A DNA stretch of 64,000 nucleotides from Candidatus Heimdallarchaeota archaeon (GTDB taxonomy: Archaea > Asgardarchaeota > Heimdallarchaeia > Heimdallarchaeales > Heimdallarchaeaceae), in the NCBI GenBank assembly GCA_030603365.1, contig JAUVXV010000005.1, forward strand, positions 64,001 to 128,000, read 5' to 3'. Shown here one piece after another: positions 19,387-28,398 of this stretch. Every line of letters starts with the position of its first letter. Within the stretch, counting starts at the first letter, position 1. Both the position numbers and the translations under genes were made by a program. Under the pieces are notes generated by a model. The model saw only the letters and a list, made by a program, of their open reading frames with translations, did no database searches and was not told where the DNA came from.

Positions 19387-21285
19387 TTAATTTCTTATTC
19401 TTCGGTAGTAGTATATACCTGCTATAAAGGGTAATAAAAGAATCGATAGTATGAAACTGTAATGTATGTGAAATTCTGAAATAATTGGAGGTACATGAGG
19501 TTCTCCCAAAGGATAAGGATCTTCTTCAAACCCCACATAATAATGTCCGGTACCGCTCCAGTCAGACCAATAGTTGCCTTCATTGAGAAGAGAGTCGTAC
19601 CAATTATTGTCATTAGCAGATGTATCACTGTATGCTTGAGAATCACCGTTGATGTTATTGTCTTGAAAAGTATTATGATGAATGGCGTTATATTGAGAAT
19701 TAGTAAGGTAAATACCATAATCTTCGTTCTCTTGGATTAAGTTAAATACTATCTCTGAATGATCAGTTCTAACAATTTCTATCCCATACCCTTCGTATTT
19801 GTAAAAAGTATTGTCGATAACATATGCATGGTCAGCTTCATCTAAAACTAGACCATAGTTCAACTCATTGTAAAGCACAATTCCTGAGTTATCACATATA
19901 TTTTCACTTATACTTGCAGAAAGGCATCTATGAATCTCGATGTCTGTTTGTGAAGTTTGTTCAAAGATGTTTGCGGTAATATATGGAGCATTTGAAAGAT
20001 AGCAGGAGATGGATCTGACACTCCTTAAAAATGTATTATCTCCGATTGTCGCATAATCTGCAGAGTTCAAGTGTAAACCAAAGTAATAATTGTCCTCAAA
20101 ATAATTATATGTCACACCACAATATGGCGATTGTTGGATATTCACTGCATATCTTCCTATTCTTCTGAAGAAATTTTGAGTAATATGAGTATCTGGACTT
20201 TCATAGACAAAAATTGCCTCCAAAGGAAGATCGTGAAAATCTTGATTTGCTATGAGAGTATTAGTACAGTTGATAAGGATAATCTGTCCATAAATAGGAT
20301 AAGAAAGTATTAGATCTTCTTCATGTTTGAAGTAACCCAATAGCTTACTATTAACTTCATTAAATCTGATAGTATAAGACTCATATCCTGCAAGAGTCAG
20401 ATGATAAAGAGACAAACCAGACATGTCAAAGCTGTTATTCTCGATTGTACTCCCATCAGAAAAACTAACATACATACCATATTTCAAACTTCCTAAAAGC
20501 TTAGTACTATCACTACAGATATTATCTACAACTATGCATGATCCAGATACTTGAATAGATATTTCACTATAGACATTTGAACTGCAGAGGTTGTTACTTA
20601 TTGTAGAAGAATTTGATTGTGATACTTTTATACCATAATCACTGTTGATACACGTATTGTTATGGATGATTGATGAGTAACTATTTGCTACATGAATGCC
20701 ATATAACTCACCATTTAAACAAGTGTTGTTAGCTATATAATTTGAATATGAATTTGTTGAAGAAATTCCGGTGTTAAGTCGATATATCCCTTCTAAATCT
20801 GAACTAATGTAATTATTTGTAACATTAGCTTGTTCAGTAGCTATTATATCGATACCATAATCATAAGTGTTGTAACAGATGTTGTTGGTAATTATGGAAG
20901 TGTTTGGTGCTACACTGTTGAGACGTATTCCATTGGTATAATATGAAATATAACAGTCTCTAATAATGAAATAAACAGTTGTATCTCTTATTCGTATTCC
21001 ACTTCCCGTTCCTGATGTAATATTATGGTTTTCAATAATATAAGGGTCATCAATTGCACCTATTCCTGGAAAACTGAAACTAGCAAAGTGAGTATCGTTG
21101 TCAACGATAATTGATTCTCGTTCAACATAATTTGTTTTGACAGGTACTAAAGTAGAATTCTCTGAAAGCTTAGCATGGACTATTGGAGTCTTAATTGTAA
21201 TGATTGAGGTTATTAGTAATGGGCATAGAATTATACAAATGAACTTCAATTTTTTGAATTTTGTAATTTTAGCCATATTTTTCAC
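19387..21285 (-). CDS. Surface protein with right-handed parallel beta-helix (NosD/CASH) repeats
   Basis: Signal peptide, repeated GI.(L/I)...NN motifs, GNYWSDW, C-terminal TM plus basic tail. Confidence 0.85.
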   Translation of the reverse strand: MKNMAKITKFKKLKFICIILCPLLITSIITIKTPIVHAKLSENSTLVPVKTNYVERESIIVDNDTHFASFSFPGIGAIDDPYIIENHNITSGTGSGIRIRDTTVYFIIRDCYISYYTNGIRLNSVAPNTSIITNNICYNTYDYGIDIIATEQANVTNNYISSDLEGIYRLNTGISSTNSYSNYIANNTCLNGELYGIHVANSYSSIIHNNTCINSDYGIKVSQSNSSTISNNLCSSNVYSEISIQVSGSCIVVDNICSDSTKLLGSLKYGMYVSFSDGSTIENNSFDMSGLSLYHLTLAGYESYTIRFNEVNSKLLGYFKHEEDLILSYPIYGQIILINCTNTLIANQDFHDLPLEAIFVYESPDTHITQNFFRRIGRYAVNIQQSPYCGVTYNYFEDNYYFGLHLNSADYATIGDNTFLRSVRSISCYLSNAPYITANIFEQTSQTDIEIHRCLSASISENICDNSGIVLYNELNYGLVLDEADHAYVIDNTFYKYEGYGIEIVRTDHSEIVFNLIQENEDYGIYLTNSQYNAIHHNTFQDNNINGDSQAYSDTSANDNNWYDSLLNEGNYWSDWSGTGHYYVGFEEDPYPLGEPHVPPIISEFHIHYSFILSILLLPFIAGIYYYRRIRN

Positions 21286-21395
21286 CTAGTTAATGAATCA
21301 TGTACAATTAAATCTAGATTTAATAAACTTTATCTGGAAACTAGGAATATTAGAAAACAATAATCCTAAAATAGTCTTTCTTCATATTTTGAGTT

Positions 21396-21824
21396 ATGCC
21401 AAGTAAACCTACATATCCGATGACATTCTTAAGAACTAATAATCTAGATGAAACCCGAAATTTCTATGAGGAGGTTCTTAATTTTCCCGTCGCTTTAGAG
21501 CAAAGTGGATGTATCATTTTCAGAATTGGTAATTATGGTTATTGGGGTTTTTGTGAGACAGACAAAGAAATCTCTGATCCAGGACAAGTTTGCTTAACAG
21601 TTGTTGTAGAAAAGAGAGAAGAAGTTGATGAATGGCATAAGCATCTAGTTGCTAGTAAGGTTAAACTACATCGCGAACCTCAAGAAACCTCTCAATACAA
21701 AATCTATAATGGGTTCTATGTTGATCCAACTGGTTATACAATCGAAATCCAAGCTTTTGATAAAGAAGGACAACCTGTTGGTCATGATGATTTCCATACA
21801 ATTTGTCAGTGTGAACACAAATGA
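21396..21824 (+). CDS. VOC/glyoxalase family protein
   Basis: NLDETRNFYEEVL and DPTGYTIEI. Confidence 0.85.
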   Translation: MPSKPTYPMTFLRTNNLDETRNFYEEVLNFPVALEQSGCIIFRIGNYGYWGFCETDKEISDPGQVCLTVVVEKREEVDEWHKHLVASKVKLHREPQETSQYKIYNGFYVDPTGYTIEIQAFDKEGQPVGHDDFHTICQCEHK

Positions 21825-22219
21825 GAAGAGTAACTGGGATAGGGGGAGTTTTTTTTAGATCAGAAAATCCAGAAAAATTACAAGAGTGGTATATTAAATA
21901 CCTTGGAGTTCCTTTTGTAACTGCTGGTTCTGAGAAATTCATCATTTTTCATTGGAAAGAACAAATGAAGAATGAGAAGAACGGTTATACTCTCTGGGGA
22001 CCTATGTCAAATGACCATATATATTTCAAAGAATACAAGAAAGATGTCATGTTCAATTTTACTGTAGATAACCTAGATGAACTTCTTAAGGTTCTGAGAG
22101 ACGAAGGTGTACATGTTTTTGAAGAAATAGAAGAACATCAAGAAGGACGGTTTGGGTGGATTTTGGATCCAGAAAGAAATAAAGTAGAGTTATGGGAACC
22201 TCCTAAAAAGGAGACATAA
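21821..22219 (+). CDS. VOC/glyoxalase family protein
   Basis: RVTGIGGVFF and GRFGWILDPERNKVELWEP. Confidence 0.88.
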   Translation: MRRVTGIGGVFFRSENPEKLQEWYIKYLGVPFVTAGSEKFIIFHWKEQMKNEKNGYTLWGPMSNDHIYFKEYKKDVMFNFTVDNLDELLKVLRDEGVHVFEEIEEHQEGRFGWILDPERNKVELWEPPKKET

Positions 22220-22237
22220 AAATTGAAAAGAAGAGAA

Positions 22238-23878
22238 TTAACTTCTTCTTCTTCTTCTTCTAATTACTATTAGAAATATAGCTGGAATAACTGTCACTAT
22301 TAATAAGATGGATCTGTTATTCTTGAATTCTATAATAACAATTACTGGTGCTCCTAATGGGTAAAGATCTGTTGAATTTGCAATACCTTCAATTGTATAA
22401 TTTCCAATTCCTGACCAGTCAGACCAGAAATTTCCTTCATTTGTACTTATGTCATACCATGTGTTATTGATTCCATCATCAATTCCAGTACAATCTTGAA
22501 AGTTATTATGATGAACTAAATTGTACGAACAGGGGTTGTTTAGTACAACACCATAGTATAGATTTTGAAAGTGGTTGTGGTGAATAAGTGAATAGTGAGA
22601 GTTGTATAGTAGAATTCCATCTAATCCAGAAATAAAAGTATTATTTACAAACGTTGCATTATTAGTGTTGTAAAAAACAACTTGCGTGTCACTATCTTGG
22701 AATAGATTTTCTTCCAAATTTAATAGAGAACATCCAGTAATGTAAAGATTATGAAATTTGATATCATCAAAACGATTATTCGAAATGGTGATATTGTAAC
22801 TGTCAACAACAAAAATTCCTCTGACAACATCTTTCATTAAATGGTTTCTTATTATTGTATTGGAACAATTGTACAGTAATATTTGACTGAAATCATCAGA
22901 AGTCAGAATTAGATCTGATCTATCGACAAAATATCCATATTCCTTTCCATTCACAGTGTTATTTTGCATGGTATAGTCTCTATGTGCAGCATGAGGAACT
23001 GATAAGCTAAATATACTAATACCACCTCCATTGATTACATTATTAGTAACATTGGAAATTGAAGCAAATAAGCTAATTCCATCGTATACACAATTATCTA
23101 TTGTGTTCAGATAGATGAGATTATTAGGGGAATAAGTAATATAAATTCCTTGATCCATATCATCAAAGTAATTGTTATTAATCGTAGTATTTGAACTAGA
23201 TTCTATCTTTATACCCATATTTTGGTGTTCAAACACATTTTCTGAAAGAACTGTGTGCGCTGAATATTCTGTTCTGATTGAAACTCTATGAATCTCTACA
23301 GCATCACCATTTAGAAGATTTTTGTTAATTTCTGTGTACTCACAGTTTCCAAGCCATATGTCATATGAAGTATAAATACTCCCAATATCATAGAAAGAAT
23401 TGTTCACGAGTGAGATATAATCAGAATCAGTTATCATAATTCCATAAGTCATATGAGGTCCATTGATTCCTTCAATCTTATTGTGAGCTATTGTGGCTGA
23501 ATGGGGTGAGATGTTGTGAATTTCAATTCCAATCATATTGCTAGATATAAAACAGTTTAGGATAGAGAAATATTTGGTTGTATCATATATGGATATAGAT
23601 ATACTTTCATTGGTAATTATACTTAGAGAATCAATTAAGAAAGGATTAGAAATTGATCCATTTCCTAGAAAACCATAATCGGTGAAGTTATCATCGTGCA
23701 TAATTTCAATTGGAAGATGCGGTGTTAAAGAATTGAATTTAATGTTTTCTTTTCCGTTGCTATCTAAACCGAGAGTGCTTTTAAAATCAGTGATGGAAAT
23801 TGCAAAGAAAAAACATAAAAGAATCAAACAGGTATAAGTTTTATTTCTTTTCATAATTATCACCTTCATGTGAATCAT
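22238..23878 (-). CDS. Surface protein with parallel beta-helix (NosD/CASH) repeats
   Basis: Signal peptide, beta-helix repeats, GNFWSDW, TM plus RRRRR; paralog of 19387..21285. Confidence 0.85.
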   Translation of the reverse strand: MIHMKVIIMKRNKTYTCLILLCFFFAISITDFKSTLGLDSNGKENIKFNSLTPHLPIEIMHDDNFTDYGFLGNGSISNPFLIDSLSIITNESISISIYDTTKYFSILNCFISSNMIGIEIHNISPHSATIAHNKIEGINGPHMTYGIMITDSDYISLVNNSFYDIGSIYTSYDIWLGNCEYTEINKNLLNGDAVEIHRVSIRTEYSAHTVLSENVFEHQNMGIKIESSSNTTINNNYFDDMDQGIYITYSPNNLIYLNTIDNCVYDGISLFASISNVTNNVINGGGISIFSLSVPHAAHRDYTMQNNTVNGKEYGYFVDRSDLILTSDDFSQILLYNCSNTIIRNHLMKDVVRGIFVVDSYNITISNNRFDDIKFHNLYITGCSLLNLEENLFQDSDTQVVFYNTNNATFVNNTFISGLDGILLYNSHYSLIHHNHFQNLYYGVVLNNPCSYNLVHHNNFQDCTGIDDGINNTWYDISTNEGNFWSDWSGIGNYTIEGIANSTDLYPLGAPVIVIIEFKNNRSILLIVTVIPAIFLIVIRRRRRRS

Positions 23879-24092
23879 CTAACATTCATTTAGTAGAATT
23901 TAAGATTTGTTGACAGCCTTATAAATCCCAATCATCATCTTTTTCCAATGGAACTACTCATGACTTTTGGAATAAATTTAAATTGGTTCATTTTTCCTTT
24001 ATCCAAAGGTGTAATTAAAGTTCAAGTATTACCCTATTCTTCTATCTTTTGTGGGGTTTATATAAGCAAAACAAATTAAGTTAGAGAAAGAA

Positions 24093-25343
24093 ATGGCTAG
24101 AGAAGTGTGGAGGACAGAAGTGATGGAAACTACTCCCCACACTGCACTCGACCTTCTCTGTCATCAAACCAAGAACCTCTATAATAGGGCAATGTATGTA
24201 TTCAAACAACATTATACTCAAACAAAACATTGGCTGTCGTATCAGCAATTAAACAGGCAGCTGAAACAAGAGCCGTGCTACAGAATCTTGCCAGTTCATA
24301 CAGCCCAACACACCCTCAAGCTCCTCTCCCGCAACTGGAATGGATTTGGGAGGGCAATTAGGGAATTTCACAGCAATCCTCAAGCATTCCTTGGTAAACC
24401 CCGTCCTCCAGGATATAGGCCGAAGAATGGCCAACAAGTAGCGATTTTTACTAACCAACAAGCTAAGTTAAGGGATAATAGGTTACTTTTACCCAAGAAA
24501 GTTCCGTTTTCTATCAAAACTCGCTTACCAGACCATGTGAAACTTAAGGAAGTGCGTGTTGTCCCTCGAGGGGTAGGGTATACAATCGAGCTAGTTTATA
24601 GTAAGCTTGTTCCAGAAGTAGAGGTGCAAGGAACAAACATAGGAGCGATAGACCTAGGAGTCCACAACCTTCTCACTTATGTAGACAACATCCAGGGAAG
24701 ACCGATTGTTGTCAAGGATGAAGGAAAAGGGATCAAATCTACTATCAGGTACTATTTGAAAGAAATCAAGAAATTGCAAAACAAGTATGCACAGCAACAA
24801 AGATTAGCATTGAAACAACAGAACAGATTAGAGTACGGACAACGATTTCGCCACCTTCGTGAAATAAAACGTAGACTAGTGAAAGAGTGGATCCATCAGA
24901 TGAGTAGGAAGTTTGTCCAGCTTTGGGTACAAACAGGAATCCAACACGTATATATAGGATATAACCCCCTCTGGAAACAACAAGTGAAGTTAAGGAAGAA
25001 GACCACCCAGATGTTTGTTATCCTCCCGTTTGACCGATTTATCCACGCGCTCAAATACAAGGCTGAAGAGCATGGAATCATTGTTGAAAGGGTAGAAGAA
25101 TCTTACACTTCCAAGTGTAGTTTTCTAGATAATGAATCCCCTCAAAAGCATTCTACTTACCAAGGACGAAGACCCAAACGAGGGTTGTTCAAATCTGCAA
25201 CAGGCGTACTCATCAATGCTGATGTGAATGGGGCATACAATATTTTACTCAAAGGCGATCCGCAAGCACTACCTTCTTGTAGTGTGGGCGGGGTAGGAGG
25301 ATATGTGATTTATCCGCTTAGATGGAGTTTCGAGCTTTATTAA
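24093..25343 (+). CDS. tnpB: TnpB RNA-guided endonuclease (IS200/IS605 superfamily), RuvC-II-rearranged type
   Basis: KNLYN, RuvC-I AIDLG, YIGYN (Gly at the usual Glu), VEESYTSKCS and RuvC-III NADVNGAYNI. Visibly more GC-rich than its flanks. Confidence 0.93.
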   Translation: MAREVWRTEVMETTPHTALDLLCHQTKNLYNRAMYVFKQHYTQTKHWLSYQQLNRQLKQEPCYRILPVHTAQHTLKLLSRNWNGFGRAIREFHSNPQAFLGKPRPPGYRPKNGQQVAIFTNQQAKLRDNRLLLPKKVPFSIKTRLPDHVKLKEVRVVPRGVGYTIELVYSKLVPEVEVQGTNIGAIDLGVHNLLTYVDNIQGRPIVVKDEGKGIKSTIRYYLKEIKKLQNKYAQQQRLALKQQNRLEYGQRFRHLREIKRRLVKEWIHQMSRKFVQLWVQTGIQHVYIGYNPLWKQQVKLRKKTTQMFVILPFDRFIHALKYKAEEHGIIVERVEESYTSKCSFLDNESPQKHSTYQGRRPKRGLFKSATGVLINADVNGAYNILLKGDPQALPSCSVGGVGGYVIYPLRWSFELY

Positions 25344-25350
25344 ATCTAAG
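25255..25350 (+). ncRNA. Putative omegaRNA/reRNA scaffold overlapping the tnpB 3' end
   Basis: Hairpins GCACTAC-CTTCTT-GTAGTGT and GGATA-TGTGATT-TATCC, conserved with covariation in the copy at ~49130-49196. Confidence 0.65.
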
Positions 25351-25385
25351 GAAAAGGTTTTAACGAACAACGAAAAAATCTAATC

Positions 25386-27572
25386 ATGGTTATTAAGGAA
25401 TTCAAATATGACGTTCCTATATTAGATAAGGGATATGCAAACAAATCTCTATACATCAATCTTGATACATATGAAATAAGAATAGATGATGTAACTGAAG
25501 AAATGAAAGAGAAGTTCATTGGTGGTAAAGGTTTCGACCTTTATATGATGTGGAAACACTTGCCAAAAGATAAAAAAACAAAATGGGATGACCCAGAAAA
25601 TGTTCTTTGTATCGCAGCAGGTGCTTTGGGCGGAACAACTAACTTCCCTGGTTCTGGGAAAAGCATAGTAACAGCTGTTTCTCCTCTTACTGATATCATT
25701 ATTGACTCAAATGTTGGTGGTTATTTCGGTCCTTATCTGAAATACTCTGGATTCGATGTTCTAGCTATCCAAGGAAAATCAGATAAGGAAATTTATATTT
25801 ACATTGATGGAGAAGAAGGAAGAATAGTTATCGAAGATGCTGAGGACTTATCATCTGAAACCTACCAGTTAGGTACTATTCTAACAGACAAATATTGCGG
25901 AGAAGAAAAATTCAAACGAGATGTTTCTGTAGTTTCCGCTGGTCCAGGAGCAGAGAACACCCGTTGGGGTTGTCTGAATTTTAGTTATTATGATACCCGA
26001 AGAGGATATGCAAGATACAAGCAAGCTGGACGTGGGGGAACAGGTTCTGTTTTCCGAAATAAGAAACTTAAGGCACTCGTTGTTAAGAAACTCAAAGTGG
26101 TTACAAGAGGTAATAATCCAGCTGATCCTGAAGCTCTAAAAGAGATAGGTAAGAAGCACACACAAGAAATGATACAACTCGATCCCAAACAGAATGAAAT
26201 GAGGATGGTAGGTACAACTCATCTGGTTACAATAATGAACGATTATGATTTATTACCAACTAAAAACTTCAAGTATGGAAGTGATCCTCAAGCTGATAAA
26301 ATTGGTGCAGAAGTTTATCGTAATCTGTTCGAAAAAGGACCAGATCCATGTTGGAAAGGATGTGCGGTCGCTTGCACACACGGTGTAAAGGAATTTGTCC
26401 CTAAAACTGGTCCCTACAAAGGTCAGAAAGTATCAGTTGATGGTCCAGAATATGAAACTATTGGAGGAGTAGGTTCCAATTGGTATGTATGGGATCCTGA
26501 AGCGGTAATTGAGACAAACTTCTATTGTGATACTTACGGTCTAGATACAATTGGTATTGGAACAGGAATAGCTTTTGTTATGGAATGTTATGAATGTGGA
26601 ATTCTAGACAAAGAGAAAACTGGTGGTTTAGAATTAAATTTTGGAAATCAAGAAGCTGCAATGGAACTCATTCATCAAATGGCTAGAGGAGAAGGTTTTG
26701 GGGTCATAGTTGGTCAAGGAGTAAGAAGGATGAAGAAATACTTTGCTGAGAACTTTGGAGCTGATATTAACTTCCTTAACGACATAGGGATGGAATCAAA
26801 AGGCTTGGAATTCAGCGAATATATGACCAAAGAGTCTCTGGCTCAACAAGGTGGATATGGTTTTGCACTCAAAGGTGCACAACATGATGAAGCATGGTTG
26901 ATCTTTGAGGACATGGTCAGAGGTAATCTCCCAACATTCGAGAAAAAGGCAGAAGCTTTACATTGGTTCCCAATGTGGAGAACATCATTCGGATTACTTG
27001 GTTTGTGTAAGCTTCCATGGAATGACATAATACCAGAAGATAATCGAGAATTCGCCGAAGGAAAGATACGCAAAGAAGGTAGTTATGTTCCAGATGATTT
27101 AGCAGATCCTGCAAAAATTCCAGAACATGTCCAGAATTATGTTCAGTACTATAATGCTGTCACTGGAAGAGAAATAGACTCTGTAGAATATATCCGAATG
27201 AGTGAAAGAGTGTATAATTTTCAGAGAACTCTGAATCTGATGTTGATTCCTGATGGAACAACTTACAGAGAAATGGATACTATTCCTTACAGAGCTATGG
27301 GTCCTGTTACAGCAGAAGAATACCTTTCGAGAGAACAAGAGTATTATCTTAAACAGCTTAAAGACGAAATTGGTTTAAATCCGGATGGAATGAGTGTAAA
27401 AGAGAAAATGGGTGCTATTCGCAAACATCGTGAAGAAGCTTATAATAAACTAAAGGATACAGTTTATGAACGCAGAGGATGGACTAAGAACGGTGTTCCA
27501 ACAGTTAGGAAAATAAAAGAATTAGGGATGGATTTTCCTGAGATTATTGAATTAGTAGAACAACATCAATAA
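25386..27572 (+). CDS. aor: Tungsten aldehyde:ferredoxin oxidoreductase family protein
   Basis: SPLT..DSNVGG, AGRGGTG, CWKGCAVAC, GPEYET, CDTYGLDTI, GLCK, YERRGW. Confidence 0.92.
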   Translation: MVIKEFKYDVPILDKGYANKSLYINLDTYEIRIDDVTEEMKEKFIGGKGFDLYMMWKHLPKDKKTKWDDPENVLCIAAGALGGTTNFPGSGKSIVTAVSPLTDIIIDSNVGGYFGPYLKYSGFDVLAIQGKSDKEIYIYIDGEEGRIVIEDAEDLSSETYQLGTILTDKYCGEEKFKRDVSVVSAGPGAENTRWGCLNFSYYDTRRGYARYKQAGRGGTGSVFRNKKLKALVVKKLKVVTRGNNPADPEALKEIGKKHTQEMIQLDPKQNEMRMVGTTHLVTIMNDYDLLPTKNFKYGSDPQADKIGAEVYRNLFEKGPDPCWKGCAVACTHGVKEFVPKTGPYKGQKVSVDGPEYETIGGVGSNWYVWDPEAVIETNFYCDTYGLDTIGIGTGIAFVMECYECGILDKEKTGGLELNFGNQEAAMELIHQMARGEGFGVIVGQGVRRMKKYFAENFGADINFLNDIGMESKGLEFSEYMTKESLAQQGGYGFALKGAQHDEAWLIFEDMVRGNLPTFEKKAEALHWFPMWRTSFGLLGLCKLPWNDIIPEDNREFAEGKIRKEGSYVPDDLADPAKIPEHVQNYVQYYNAVTGREIDSVEYIRMSERVYNFQRTLNLMLIPDGTTYREMDTIPYRAMGPVTAEEYLSREQEYYLKQLKDEIGLNPDGMSVKEKMGAIRKHREEAYNKLKDTVYERRGWTKNGVPTVRKIKELGMDFPEIIELVEQHQ

Positions 27573-27737
27573 TCACTTCTTTTTCTATATTTTTTACCTA
27601 TAATTTGGCTGATTAATCTACTAGGAATATCCTAAACGTTAAATACTTCGTTCATAGTATTGTTTGAACAATACTGTATTTGGGGTTCATAAAAATATTC
27701 TCTGCAGTATCTGTTCTCTATTGAAAGGGGTCAGAAA

Positions 27738-28292
27738 ATGAGTATGTTTGCATCTTTGTTTTCAAGAACAAAACAGGAGAAAAAAGCTAAAGTTCTAATT
27801 CTAGGTTTAGCAGCAGCTGGAAAAACAACCTTAACAAAATATCTGCGTTATGGGGAATTTCAAAGTGACTCTATACCTACTATAGGACAGAATATAGATT
27901 CTTTGGAATTTGAAGGGTGGAAGATTACAACCATAGATGTTGCTGGACAACAGGATTTCCGATTTTTATGGGATGTACATTATCCAGGCACTTCAGCAGT
28001 GATATTTGTTATTGATGCAGCTGATGTGGAGACTTTGCCTGAGGCACGTGATATACTCAGAAAACATGTTTTTAACAATCCTCAACTAGATGATGTGCCA
28101 GTATTGGTTATTGCCAATAAACAGGATTTAGATGGTGCTGTTGAAGCTCCATTGCTGATACAATTATTAGGGTTACACATAGATATGCCTGACAGAACCT
28201 TTGCAGTTTTTGATGCAAGCATACTTTATGGCAGAGGAATAATTGAATCTTTTAGTTGGGTAGTTAATCAATTAGAAATAGAAGATAAGTAG
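27738..28292 (+). CDS. Arf/Arl-like small GTPase
   Basis: Amphipathic N-terminus MSMFASLFSR, GLAAAGKT, PTIG, DVAGQ..FRFLW, ANKQDL. Confidence 0.88.
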   Translation: MSMFASLFSRTKQEKKAKVLILGLAAAGKTTLTKYLRYGEFQSDSIPTIGQNIDSLEFEGWKITTIDVAGQQDFRFLWDVHYPGTSAVIFVIDAADVETLPEARDILRKHVFNNPQLDDVPVLVIANKQDLDGAVEAPLLIQLLGLHIDMPDRTFAVFDASILYGRGIIESFSWVVNQLEIEDK

Positions 28293-28398
28293 ATTTTATC
28301 AACTATTTACATTTACTTGCTTTTCTTCAATTAGTATAGATTTATTAATGTACAAGATTTCAATATGTCAGTGAAATTCAAGTCATTATAGTGGTATT

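Larger units (their letters stand above)
24040..25350 (+). mobile_element. tnpB-only IS200/IS605-family (IS1341-like) element; ends approximate
   Basis: tnpB with no adjacent tnpA, a compositional shift, an upstream TTTATATA box and a structured 3' end. Confidence 0.65.
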
